DNA of 64,000 nt from Thermoplasmatota archaeon (GCA_016928095.1 JAFGLL010000061.1:1181-65180), one strand, 5' to 3'; counted from the stretch's first letter, positions 15,001 through 20,955 are shown. Program-made: numbers and translations. The notes: generated from the letters alone by a model not told the origin.

Positions 15001-16839
15001 ACATTGAAACGAGCTTAAAGGTGACAAGAAAACATTACTCTGAGATCCTTCCATTTCATCGTTGTTATCCGCTCCAGGTACTATTCCTTCATAAAAATGA
15101 AGATCTTCATTCTGGTCAATGTATAGCTCTAGTCGATTATCTTGTACTTTGGTCGGGACCAAATTTGGGATGTAATCGTATTCCAGATCAACGGTATATG
15201 TTTCTACATGGACTTGATTATTCTGAAGAACGATCCCCATTTCAGGAACTGTAAGGTTGGTATCATACAATCCCATCAACATTTTCCGATGATTTGTCTC
15301 AAGGTCACTCCTTTCGTCTTCGCAATAACCAGGATTCCTGAACCAAAAGTCAATCGTTCCATCACCATTTAGATATGGGGATTCTAATGGTTCGGAAGTG
15401 ATCCCGAGTTTTAAGTAATCATCCACCCCGTCAAAATAAATCGCTTTATCTGAATGACCGGTCTTGTACGTTGGTGTAGTACTATCATTTCCGTCATAAT
15501 ATATTGATGACCATTCTCTTGATGTTTTTTCAAATCCCAAATATTCATTTTTACTTGAATCAAATGGAAAATAACTAGTGCAATAATCCGATGCTGGATC
15601 GAATGTAAGAATAGAATAATCTTTAGGGAAACTAATCGATACACCGTCCGTCCAGAAATCTAAATCGGTTGAGTCTACCCGATCAGATGACTTGTTCAAT
15701 TCCCACATTACCGATGAAGTGGTATCTATCAAGACCAGTTGACCAGATCCTTTTTCTCCTCCCTGTTGGGCTGCCATTCCAAATAAGTTCCCTGATTGGA
15801 AATCTGTAATTGTTTCATTTGATATTTTACCTCCAAACCCGGAAATGTTTGTGAAATAAACATATACGGAATTATTTCCCGGTGCTGAAATGACCAAGTC
15901 ATTTAGCCCGTCGCCGTTCATATCGCCGTTGAAATCGATCTTGCTTCCGAACATGTCCCCGGAGTCTTTCCCGTATAATTTTATATCCGCATCGAACGGG
16001 GTCAGCTCGGACAAACAAATATCCGGACTGCCATAGAAAAGGTAAACCGCACCAGCATCCGACGCAACAGTATCGTCATACGGAGCCGATATCACCACAT
16101 CCGTGAAGGTATCATTGTTGAAGTCCCACATGCAACTGACATAGGTTCCGAAACCATTGTCCCCTTCGTTATCGTAGATCATCGCCCCTTCGCTTGTGGA
16201 GTTGAAGAAATAGATACCGAACTGGTTGTTGTAGATCTCGTTATTTGTGATGATCGGGTTCGAACAGACGAAAATACCGAATATCTCGTTGTCATGGATC
16301 TTACTACTAGATATACTGACGTTGTCACCGAGTACAACGATACCTCCCTCGGAGGGGGAGCCGCCGACAAAGGAGATGTCGGAGTTCTGAATGGAGGCGT
16401 TGCCCTCGATCTTGAGATCATAAAAATATCCACCAGACCTGTTGATAACCGATACCGTGGTCCCGTCAAGGTATAACTCACCGCATATTCCGGTTGTTTC
16501 GTTCTTCTGGACATGCAGGATGAAGTTACCCTCGACCGGATGATGGAAAAGTAACTCACAGTTGATAAGAGAGAGATTCCCACCTGGTTGGATCACCACA
16601 TTACCGTAGATCTTCAGTACTTCATTCTCTCTGACGACCGTATCACCCGGTTCGATGTACCAGTCATTGTAGGTGTAGCCATCATAAGGTTCGCCCACCT
16701 CGGACCAGAGTTTGTCCACGATAGGGCTGAAATTCACGATGTACATCATAACAACTAAGGAAATGGCGATCACCTTCGTTGCTCTCGATATTTTTTTCTG
16801 GATGTTTTCAGAAATATGGATCTTCTCTTGCCATCTCAT
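1..16839 (-). CDS. Giant secreted/membrane-anchored surface protein (adhesin-like), 5' end at ATG 16839, 3' end beyond the left edge (>=5,613 codons in window)
   Basis: Hand translation of the minus frame: ATG at 16839-16837 is preceded by an in-frame TAA at 16863-16861 and a G-rich stretch (GGGGGGAAG) 7 nt upstream. N-terminus MRWQEKIHISENIQKKISRATKVIAISLVVMMYIVNF is a signal anchor. Downstream are right-handed beta-helix repeats (IHDNEIFGIFVCSNPIITNNEIYNNQFGIYFFNS) and FG-GAP-like repeats (DFNNDTFTDVVISAPYDD..GAVYLFYGS; DFNGDMNGDGLNDLVISAPGNNSVYVYF). Spot translations at ~12000, ~8000, 241-420 and 1-60 stay open in the same frame. Near the left edge the sequence is calcium-binding repeats (ADCDNDGLLDSVEPDPFTDTDGDGYINVWDQDSNDGEGNG). 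Every ORF the track lists in 1-16839 is short and in another frame. The track skipped this ORF because it has no stop inside the window. Confidence 0.8.
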   Translation of the reverse strand, partial: MRWQEKIHISENIQKKISRATKVIAISLVVMMYIVNFSPIVDKLWSEVGEPYDGYTYNDWYIEPGDTVVRENEVLKIYGNVVIQPGGNLSLINCELLFHHPVEGNFILHVQKNETTGICGELYLDGTTVSVINRSGGYFYDLKIEGNASIQNSDISFVGGSPSEGGIVVLGDNVSISSSKIHDNEIFGIFVCSNPIITNNEIYNNQFGIYFFNSTSEGAMIYDNEGDNGFGTYVSCMWDFNNDTFTDVVISAPYDDTVASDAGAVYLFYGSPDICLSELTPFDADIKLYGKDSGDMFGSKIDFNGDMNGDGLNDLVISAPGNNSVYVYFTNISGFGGKISNETITDFQSGNLFGMAAQQGGEKGSGQLVLIDTTSSVMWELNKSSDRVDSTDLDFWTDGVSISFPKDYSILTFDPASDYCTSYFPFDSSKNEYLGFEKTSREWSSIYYDGNDSTTPTYKTGHSDKAIYFDGVDDYLKLGITSEPLESPYLNGDGTIDFWFRNPGYCEDERSDLETNHRKMLMGLYDTNLTVPEMGIVLQNNQVHVETYTVDLEYDYIPNLVPTKVQDNRLELYIDQNEDLHFYEGIVPGADNNDEMEGSQSNVFLSPLSSFQCDGDSWMEWEIGQYYLDTTAQFNFFIRCDNIGEIAAIGIANGTGPSRNELIYYLGGTTPFAQEEMAVGNWVDDGTMTQNMQFDMFMENIYSDWASIVSTTDFGFDRIILIADKDLPPYDGLFYVDDIRFTDVYHYEDLPQGYTCMFNGSLTTSRLLSAGDIIDKDETHHVRVYFKDHYAFLELDGEVRDIEKMNETVENKFELDTDSEFYVLGQRPLTDPEGCNPPEDSYNDALPYTTFSNFHGWIDELYFYTEAIETTPLDPREGGLHSYSADIYTELLLHLDETSGMDVYNEFYYDCYDFTLTPDSFEWDTKGYFDGCLESCGMGSYIDCGNRFNLTTGTFEMYFNLQEPFSALSEDPVYLMDIKGPSNDYMSLFFDEDNGHLTFIIDHDSPHTVWSDRTSWDSNKWYHVAVTWGDGIKMYIDGVLQFDTDDSDDWSGDYESRLIIGAEYESYDYMNKFKGRFDEVRLSNIPRSDFPTLIYFRSESESLSDEDTIFLCNMNEGSGTMTVDNILSNNGDIYDAAWSDGRFGRCLSFNGSDSSYVSFTTAGFDYTIDTDISLDAWIYPTGTGHAGHNYIITRPGSYGLSLFEDGYGDIYLRGMVKQDGSEQWTDTSYSCLNFDDQFNTWYHVGLTYDNTNGIIKTFINGRLDAQKSVSSTGPILEDGAVIKVGEYFLGKIDDARISYVKRDHFNSTWSFDTDQITSIRFDEGTGLNSKNHHDSSQKAVLFDGSGYGSDWVTGHIGSAVSLDGVDDYLFVNDTNFDYDEYGMTLSLFVKMPQELTDDRYVILEKDNSFNLSIEKNYNDYCLIVYARAGSIWYSTSTPIEDVDMNDCVGRWTQVGFTFGDGVLRSFVNGRVYGFVEVPYLSFDNTGKLYIGRNDDGNYFAGAVDEFIMSRINLFSMVRYRSDVTSSILSFESPVRLISVDIPVTIPEKTNVKYQIRTGNTTSQIENGSWTGPTGPGSFYFVDLVDFTPTNIVTKYIQVKIFLESDLFDVTPTIYSVNVTGSGYHDEGSYLSSVAELPDWADQVVPQIIYSQNGRSVSFDLGWSVDGDTWYYEPMSSGTPIQFNSYYTKFFRIRINISEADYYNGAFTPSFDSIRLWYQFKATLGSIQISEADSTFGSSFTSGGDFNGDGYSDVAVGSPGENKVYIYFGGGSMDETADCVLTSAETGFGANLTQVGDYTGDGMTELAVGCDYSSSVYLYSGSRLSGSKSSDCYEDIIFGSGDFGTNVFNVGDINGDRFDDIAVFAGNSTLSVYSGQALFESNNLTYSEYFTQFTSESTTTLGYQCVGGFDINGDFVQDLIITDPDSIEAYIMLGSAVNTDPISVSSALYTFTGSGSGVGFGEAVSAGDINGDGFTEFLLGEPTAICSGGSGVVRSPGPSTARVSDNIFYGNYIGLFADGSQQSMRGDSFYLNDYIIYSSSSTLILIGVRINNETSDLTENCNIGMEVHGGNLLMYSSQVYSMDNTVINNFNGNVSLYNVSFSQSRTEYTIDYSVASIDELNENLILDGSAIKLKESGSDTIFSENWSVIDQEKWNATGTGTVSKSNNTWSGSGSDLKVTCEGTESEASYETLEYTIDFDESDQAMDYVLQTRFLLMANPENFTEGSIASISFNISRDDQNFKSRKMVFSSFDYTLLGDHPEENDWNYTGESWEKSIKTGYHWTWYHVTNTSYVDKSLDDPLLELFGQVFRENNTGWTEIDNLTIRITVLEDPTEESIGLGFDPEVYVEGITVTNSNYVPVYYTDGFLVSDVITRPTNNQWDELFVTYQDPDDLYRLNLYLLDGSNDTITKVDTLPFDLTPYNGYSELKFKASFQGNSFSTSRLTKWGISFSNINDTAVRSSNGQISMSGCSFDEDMSNQLDLDGGCQGRMIDTLTDDNKVTISDPGSFLDVYGRVQIETYPEIHPFMDPGFQHDVTPFMDFDIVNRTGVRVFNGFTGSDGVLSDILIKENTWTSNGIIFHGPFNIRSYETCMDFDGDDYIALNMSFSEKNCITQMSAFCWFKTTESGMGQNLNWAFLDFDRSEYFNIYVRGDNGNMGFSTKSDNGIDDLIGTTAVNDGDWHFMCAVYDGTDKYLYLDGDLEAIAENPHNGLGLGTTATRFGFIGDGSEATTFDGNRNEYYFKGKIDDVGYFGRALTFDEINLFMIGEPPSDPDLFISFEDSNWTSGTYTIRDLSGNSYHGTSYGNPEFRLTNEFDDQCNHGILNNASFTPGLSRTLWINSYSLDSDDDYILDSQENNENVCWYEGEDFGLTTDQIEPSWDACGEKALKPTSSGSLINKYLPVPPGSDDSIRFMFRLGPQNQVFNQTVKISVWEVDGYTADPLTINQSFILSSRFRYYTTEIFSIDPDTDMLKISIDSTDAVLLDSFVIIRSDDELDGLITNPVMMDSDKDLIIDGVEQRSGTLWFEAEYYGDGDISPFINASSGHVIYNESLSTNLISIPVQLDNGTEYRYYFRSRADQDSEWEVYDTFDDVYDFMDNWEHVGSGESDGAITIDDSGSGNAHYSVNVACMDTDISNDVYYSLREFQTNFTCLFNYTVRSETKLGRESRMIFGVVDGDDDSLRATFSIGFTETNRSNAQYNDLDFAGNQIMLISDGKEIGFYRKNYLGSYSQLGSADIRSYSSFRIFFGISAGNKNLTSPGEGVTHVWMNDVMIKEENLKLEVLDSSQSSIAVKNFSLDNKFRWNYITFEPEESGTHYLVSSRKAGVGLFADKAMVCNMSQVKQTLFGDDTGDTSILEITETDFSQDEEYGYTFPIHTSYLPGTSFATSAFFRLRTDLENIDPVDEFTSNNQYRDPSVVYGNKIAWTELVGSNYVLKVYDMVLDTTDTYNSEGKDFRHPSICGNHVVFECWDGAESVIYLVELNLTGQQFRQLNSTLEEQLNPYIYEDRIVFQARNGSDFDIYLFDIDLDNDGIPNFYEPGYLTDDDDDSYTNEDPFNYLDDDDDGDIDEDISYNGIFHVELNTSSNFIDEDWDQTYPRIEDDRIVFLDTHAGATSVWIAGVTSVKPYAGMPTEACLKVNSTSLISGDYTECWNPRISGSNLLFAAYAGFQVSSGTESRPAIGIYDLSHNQLKFVPISVAGFDVYNENIVYSTSEGSLGVYDINVNFNKILMESCSPSVPAIHKNTFCWLNDTTSNQNIVSVYSQYIEIEASSSGSGILESSKVIPLDELSSDFGPDILEYLYGKTTDQTYEMEIHTKNPLNVTLDHLEINLEFIMDPLDPDTDYDNVNDGEEIVTFGGVSILECEDAQLYKPWNPTYMTEFLSEDNELLKTTAGYGFFQQRSVSLISSNYNDTILDSSIKLQFVPDKTGTYRFSLNYPAESRQDKLVGTMIPGNLPRTELLPQGSLNVTDLDLNSSEAEYLQDILSESFQMRVYYSYNEVSPIEYSSESTYTENVNIIKVVNTSNDPNEEPIKAVIGEITSQGEYLLQGGMMYYLELSLDLADQTSETPEGVIDPDRITLQYLDYIRVDYQGLDPMNRDSDMDDIDDGDEAFNETRYALSSDPDHDGISDKWEDYFGTDFGDRDSDGDGIRDGVELGLSGQFIEYINGDVNSTGSFFERIAHSSDRSPFNFSLINNFDADNGATLTDPMDPDTDNDGLPDGWIDGWYYGDEVFPRLYRKSYDSFWDRYANLDYWEYQPWKWDRKMDPDNVKQIYEGEDLNLDGKTEPFDAVWSFDPYTFEVAGVGETNASSLDTDGDSIDDGYEVWYSHIWPYFIYRDGTVEGLDPTVDDDDKDIDGVDVLWEAGLMEGETNPETIDYDNEYDDRGTYDWQFWSSMCEGSSLNRIHGFAQRLDVKAGDLFDADYIEVKADFYSETIVEIWEGTDPDWLNTNPKTVYPERPVFQLKMPPTVSDDGWIKIPLAGNFDYLPSISMTTDVYPVYFIVLRNEFMHPNEGPGLVWHTKHTMEDPGQVLIFTDLVFQDENIPEESYDALWESVKLGTAPDEMVREMFHNFWAFYPNFQFFDAWQIKNTSSNKFCAKFGYRIVDLDKESIKMNVPYYKENWEDDKFPLIDQNELAIRLMNFTEDERFDFFEGRFYVQTDDSWSGDIYLMEGKDQPHNSLQSMDIDLPADFEGWFIFDINGLVMPESGMQYFIVISGDESMQMLNLINNDDDNSPLDYMMKNGEYAPWESVPAGTQPAFILLSNKFDSYQYGDDLSNRDEYIIGTHPKKNNTDRMIIEDDVYNDYLDDGEEIYAGGSSAYHTKGGVIYRSSFDGGSLRFEGYDNSSAWLNYDWDGFGAAITMNFTYSRMVTNPPADSPCGWDNITLLFRLKDESGVFMDESSSQLYIWDKKNVIPDSQDSESGYKILPGKVAIYNRSGTEQNMNHLPIDRNREVYFCNPFEIDSDIDGIVDGQEVQMFSDSDSDYVANLRDTDSDNDKVLDRQEINWSLNSGDDDGIENMIDPDSDNDGLLDGDEVSWNFDTDDDGYENMIDPDSDGDGLPDGWMDGMIWDPIDKEFVDYSNTFVNDGDYNGYSFVDEVNGYFDPWEGEDSNMNGKHDRDEPDPTKADTDGDSLWDGFDVYSNASVRTGLPAHYGELYYCSDSWLDDEYDDGMPFSAGDQRRIAQSKAFKTGILLQMTNQMGADSDGDGLTDYEEILIWTLKVEDFVPAYNLTSNDYNNRKIKTFFAQNLIGSKYLSSDPNDPDSDDDGLSDKDEYKFTNPLDVDTDNDGLPDKMENWHNYGMRDYDETNPCDRDTDNDGLPDGWCDGWDTEHTSAVDIIETGECEFNIADSEDGWNSYPQYTNQIEFGEYKKVGVDYTQLSDPLRADTDEDGIIDGIEYCYYWNVKGDPFYDSDGDNKFDLREIDSDNDGFTDGEENRNQNFELDYAWAIYVPGPGDNWNDNSKPTGSEWVNYPYFTEGYKVKHYLESDPTIADCDNDGLLDSVEPDPFTDTDGDGYINVWDQDSNDGEGNGPGHGPKAWTYGNLTIYTPDDNKDDSFSHNAMFYDLVDPSEWDHKDFNQTYIVFRTNANDTDEDLRIDYNDIGNNSGRWVS

Positions 16840-17224
16840 AACACTTCCCCCCAGATTTCTTTATCCATTCAAACCATTGAATGATGGGGTATTTAAATGA
16901 AAATAAAAATGGACCTCCCGCAAGGGGGGTCTATATAATACTTTCGCTTTCATTTTTATCACCGGAAAAAAAGACGTGTTCCAAGGGTATGACATATGGC
17001 CGAAAGGGGGGAGAAAGTGACCGGGAGGCCATGAGGATGACCATAATACAGGAGACTCCAACGAAATTTAGGTCCCATGATATATCGATAAACAGAAAGG
17101 GTATCCCCTTTGTAAGTCCATACCCCCATCAGAGCGAAAAGTGGACTTCAATGATCATGATCCTGACGAGATGGATGGAATCTTTTTATTACCAATATCA
17201 GTATGTCATATATTGGGTCCAATA

Positions 17225-18274
17225 ATGAAACTTGACATGTCAAAGATGATTCCTGTTGTACTGATAGTAATTCTATCGGTCCCTCTATTTTACTACATAT
17301 TATTCTATCCCGATAAAAGAAACAATGATACTGAAAACAGATTGGATATGGTCATAGGTTTCTATATCTCAGGTGAGGATTTTCTTCAACAACTCATCGA
17401 CGAGGATATATCAGACACATTAGGATTGTCATCCGATAGGATCGAATTCTATTACCTTGTCGACTATTCCGGGTTCGGAAATACTGAGTTCTTTCATGCC
17501 AGGAATTATACTAAGATCCCATTGAATATCTCACAAATTCTTCCATATGACTCTTCAGAACTGGATATGGGCTCGGATGAGGTATTTGCAGGTTTTGTCG
17601 ATTATATATCTGATATCGAGGCAAAAGATCATTGCTTGATCATATGGGGACATGGACGGGGGTATGAAGGAGTATGTTTTGATGGCAGTTCCATGCTCAC
17701 AGGAAAAGAGATCGGATCGAGTCTTACCGGAAAAGGAATAGACCTTCTCATCTTTGATGCCTGTGAAATGATCTGTGCTGAATTCCTCTACGAATTGAGA
17801 GATCCGGTTAGATACATACTCGGATCGGAAAAGGATATCCCGGATCGCGGATTGGATTATTCAGGGGGGTTCACAAGGTTTTTTGGATCCAATTCGAGAG
17901 ATATCAAGAACCTTGCCATCGACATCATGGATGAAACTTTTTCGTATTATTCCAGGAACCCGTCCAGGTTCTCCTTACAACTATCGTTGATCGATATGTC
18001 GGACTTCATGGCATTTTCTCGGGACTTCACATCATCCTTTCTGACCGAGAACTCCATCTATCCGGATCGTTTCGAATCCGGGAAGAGGTTCGACCTTGGG
18101 CTTCTTCTCGAAATGAACAATGAAACATGCCTCCTGAGGACGTTGGAGGATTCGATAGAATACCTGATGATCCTTCCATCCACTTCAGGGGTACCGGTCA
18201 AAGGCCTGTACGGTATATCCGTCCTGTCGCCTGAGTTCACAGAAGATGGGATCGACAATCCGTTCCTTCTCTGA
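17225..18274 (+). CDS. Membrane-anchored clan CD cysteine peptidase (C11 clostripain-like)
   Basis: Track ORF 17141..18274 begins at a GTG. The more likely start is ATG 17225 (MKLDMSKM), followed by a TM helix (IPVVLIVILSVPLFYYILF). Catalytic His-Gly and Cys motifs typical of C11/clan CD: LIIWGHGRGYEG and LLIFDACEM. A TATA-like CATATATT sits ~20 nt upstream. Transcribed divergently from the giant surface protein. Confidence 0.55.
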   Translation: MKLDMSKMIPVVLIVILSVPLFYYILFYPDKRNNDTENRLDMVIGFYISGEDFLQQLIDEDISDTLGLSSDRIEFYYLVDYSGFGNTEFFHARNYTKIPLNISQILPYDSSELDMGSDEVFAGFVDYISDIEAKDHCLIIWGHGRGYEGVCFDGSSMLTGKEIGSSLTGKGIDLLIFDACEMICAEFLYELRDPVRYILGSEKDIPDRGLDYSGGFTRFFGSNSRDIKNLAIDIMDETFSYYSRNPSRFSLQLSLIDMSDFMAFSRDFTSSFLTENSIYPDRFESGKRFDLGLLLEMNNETCLLRTLEDSIEYLMILPSTSGVPVKGLYGISVLSPEFTEDGIDNPFLL

Positions 18275-18285
18275 ACGGGATCGTT

Positions 18286-18650
18286 TTTTCAAGAACAAGT
18301 TCGGATCCGCCTGTGGGGATATTCTATCCAATCTGTAGTAAAGTTAGTATGGATAGAATATATGGTAGCTCCGCTACCGCTTCCCCGAAGCGGTAGGATA
18401 TAGAGATGAGCCCCCACCCCTGAGATCTTGGTAAAGGTTGTGACATCATATATTCTCCATCTGAAAAAAAAATTGAATGGAGAATATATGGTAGCCCCGG
18501 GCGGATTCGTCCAGCCAAATCCCTTTGGGATTTCGCGGACTTGCAAATCCTCGGATAGTGAAGCCTCGGATTTTCAAGAACAAGTTCGGATCCGCCTATC
18601 GGGGATATCCTATCCATCTTATGAAGTTGTAATAATGGATAGGATATGAG
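18286..18650. repeat. Tandem/nested direct repeats between the C11 gene and tRNA-Gln, including partial copies of the tRNA-Gln 3' end
   Basis: A 27-bp exact direct repeat ttttcaagaacaagttcggatccgcct lies at 18286-18312 and 18561-18587 (275 bp apart). Each is followed by a similar ~60-bp segment (ggggatatYctatcca...atggatagRatat...). A copy of the tRNA-Gln 3' end tggtagccccgggcggattcg at 18489-18509 matches rc of tRNA 18651-18668 and encodes CCA on the minus strand. A perfect 10-bp palindrome ctaccgcttc-ccc-gaagcggtag lies at 18374-18396, and there is an A9 run at ~18464-18472. Confidence 0.6.
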
Positions 18651-18723
18651 TAGCCCCGGGCGGATTCGAACCGCCGTCTCCGGCTCCAAAGGCCGGAATG
18701 ATTGACCACTACACTACGGGGCT
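18651..18723 (-). tRNA. tRNA-Gln (anticodon TTG)
   Basis: Minus-strand sequence AGCCCCGTAGTGTAGTGGTCAATCATTCCGGCCTTTGGAGCCGGAGACGGCGGTTCGAATCCGCCCGGGGCTA. Acceptor AGCCCCG/CGGGGCT, anticodon stem CCGGC/GCCGG with loop CTTTGGA (anticodon UUG), T arm GGCGG-TTCGAAT-CCGCC. No encoded CCA. Confidence 0.85.
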
Positions 18724-18756
18724 GTGATATCGGTCGAAGGAAAAGGAAGCTTGTAG

Positions 18757-20334
18757 TTAATCCTTTTCCATTTTTCCAAGTGCCAAGCGAAGCTTTCTTA
18801 GGACCTCGTCCTTATCCATCGTCGACAGGAAGAAACCCAGACGTGGGCCTTTGTCCCGTCCGAGCAATATCCTATAGAAAGCAGTGAACGTCACCTTGGG
18901 ATCGATCCCCCTGGACCTCGACCCCTCGTAAATGGTGTTGTGTATCGACCCGGGTTCCCAGGGGATCCTCCGGAAATCCGTGTACATCGCTTCAAGGGCG
19001 GAAAGCTGGCCGTCATTCAGCTTTTCAACCTCCTCCTTCGGAGGGTCATCGTAAAGCCTGAACTTGACCTCATCAGGGGCGAATCTCTTGAGCCAGAAAT
19101 CCACACAAGCCTTCCTGTGGGAAAGTCTTTCGAGGGAAGCCTCGTCGAGCTCCTCTATCCCCTCGGTCCTCTTTATCATGGAAACCAGGTCGTCCATCTC
19201 CAATACGAGCTGGGTCAAGGTGACAAGGTGCCTGTAGGGGATGTTCACGAAGCGGCCCATGCTATCGTGGTCCTCCGGTTTGCCGACCATGGAGAGCATG
19301 TAGGTCCTCTTCATATCGTCAGGGTCATCGTTACCCTCGTCCTTGTAGAAGTTCTCCTCGTACCTGTCGTATTCGTCCACAAGGTTTAGTATTCCCAAAC
19401 CCGGGTCCATATCGATATGCTTGGCGGGCTGGTTCCTTGATATAAGGAACCGCAGCACCTCGGGCGGGGTCATCCGGAGCATGTCGACACCGCTCACGAC
19501 CACACCGCTGGATGAGGACATGGCTCCTTTACCCTTGAGCTGGATCCATTCGTAGACCACGGGTATCGGTGGCGGGTAGTCTAGCACGGACCTCGCGATC
19601 TCGGACGAGGTATCGTATGATCCGCCGGAGGCAGCATGGTCCTTACCGAAAGGTTCGCATGTCACCCCCAGCCAATACCATCTTGCCGGCCAGTCCAATC
19701 TCCAGGGGAGCTTGCCGTCATCCGTTCGAGTGTCGGCCTCTCCCTCATGACCGCAGGAGCACCTGAAGAGTACGTAAGGGGGGGCCCATTCATACGGTCT
19801 GGTCGAATCGATCCTGCCGCACGATGGACATTTCGGATTGTAAGGGAACCAGTCAGGGGGTAGCTCTCTTCCCGATACCCTGTTCAGTATCTCCCTAACC
19901 TTCTCCCTAGAATCCATCAGGATCGCCGTAGCCTTGGCGTACCTGCCTTCTCTGTAGGATATGCTTGACGGAAGTACCACGGGTCTTATACCGAGGACCT
20001 CCACGGACCGAAGGAACGGTTCGAGGAAATGCTGAGCATAGGTTTTCCCTCCACCTTCCGGCGAGGGTATCTCCGATAGGGGTTTGCCAACATGCTCCGA
20101 ATATTCTTCCGGGAGGAAAGGATATACCTTTCGGAGGGGATCGAAATCATCGGCAAGATAATACAGGGTAGAATCGACACCTATGTCCATGGCCGCTCTA
20201 TGGACCAGGTCCCCGGTAAGGATCTCCCTCATGTTCCCGACGTGTATATGACCGGAGGGAGTTATCCCCGTCGCTATGCGATGGGACCCACCGGTTTCCT
20301 TCAGCTTCCTGGCTATCACATCTGCCCAATGCAT
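18757..20334 (-). CDS. lysK: Lysyl-tRNA synthetase, class I (archaeal type)
   Basis: 525 aa. HIGH-type motif HIHVGN near the N-terminus and KMSKS variant (AMSSSSG). The overall sequence looks like archaeal class I LysRS. Confidence 0.9.
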   Translation of the reverse strand: MHWADVIARKLKETGGSHRIATGITPSGHIHVGNMREILTGDLVHRAAMDIGVDSTLYYLADDFDPLRKVYPFLPEEYSEHVGKPLSEIPSPEGGGKTYAQHFLEPFLRSVEVLGIRPVVLPSSISYREGRYAKATAILMDSREKVREILNRVSGRELPPDWFPYNPKCPSCGRIDSTRPYEWAPPYVLFRCSCGHEGEADTRTDDGKLPWRLDWPARWYWLGVTCEPFGKDHAASGGSYDTSSEIARSVLDYPPPIPVVYEWIQLKGKGAMSSSSGVVVSGVDMLRMTPPEVLRFLISRNQPAKHIDMDPGLGILNLVDEYDRYEENFYKDEGNDDPDDMKRTYMLSMVGKPEDHDSMGRFVNIPYRHLVTLTQLVLEMDDLVSMIKRTEGIEELDEASLERLSHRKACVDFWLKRFAPDEVKFRLYDDPPKEEVEKLNDGQLSALEAMYTDFRRIPWEPGSIHNTIYEGSRSRGIDPKVTFTAFYRILLGRDKGPRLGFFLSTMDKDEVLRKLRLALGKMEKD

Positions 20335-20355
20335 CTCATCACCGAGTGTTCAGCT

Positions 20356-20955
20356 TCAAACCACATGCGTCCTGATAAGGGCCCTTACCGGGACCCCCTC
20401 TATCTGGTCGAAGTTCTGTTTGTTCACAATTGAGAGACACAGGGTCGGTTCACCCTGGTTCGCCTTCAGGAACTCTATGGCGTTCTTCATCGTGTTACCT
20501 GTTGAGAGGACGTCATCGACGATCGCGATCCTCTTGTCGCGTACGCCTGCGTAATTGGAAAGGATGGACCCCATACCCTCACTCGTGTCATCACCTCTTC
20601 TGGGTCTATAGACGATGAGCTCCAGGTCCATCTCGTTGGCTATAGTGGTGGCAAGAGGTATACCATTGATCGCGATACCCATTATTGCATCCACCTCGGT
20701 CTCGTTCCTGGCGCATTCTTCCAGGATTATATCGGAGAATATCCGTGCCATGTGGGTAAGCCTCGATGAGTAAACCCCCACGGACCTCCATCCGATGTAG
20801 ATGTCGGCCGGGGGCTTTTCTGACCCCTTGCCCCTTGAGAGCAACCAGCCCACGGTCTCCTCGGACAGGTGAAGCTCTTTGGCTATGTCTTCCCTGGACA
20901 GTCCCTTCTCCCGGAGTTCAAGTACCTGTTTGATCATTTTCTCCGTGGTTGGCAT
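20356..20955 (-). CDS. gfcR: GfcR-type regulator (HTH plus orotate phosphoribosyltransferase-like PRT domain)
   Basis: 199 aa. N-terminal HTH (KGLSREDIAKELHLSEETVGWLL) followed by a type I PRT fold with the PRPP-binding loop (IAIVDDVLSTGNTM). A TATA-like AAATATATAA lies ~45 nt upstream on the minus strand. Confidence 0.7.
   Translation of the reverse strand: MPTTEKMIKQVLELREKGLSREDIAKELHLSEETVGWLLSRGKGSEKPPADIYIGWRSVGVYSSRLTHMARIFSDIILEECARNETEVDAIMGIAINGIPLATTIANEMDLELIVYRPRRGDDTSEGMGSILSNYAGVRDKRIAIVDDVLSTGNTMKNAIEFLKANQGEPTLCLSIVNKQNFDQIEGVPVRALIRTHVV

Noticed and set aside
18478-18560. Second minus-strand tRNA-Gln copy with CCA
   Set aside because: Only the last ~21 nt match. The T-stem is disrupted (GGCTGGACGAATCCGCC) and no 5' acceptor strand is present, so it is a partial relic, not a gene.
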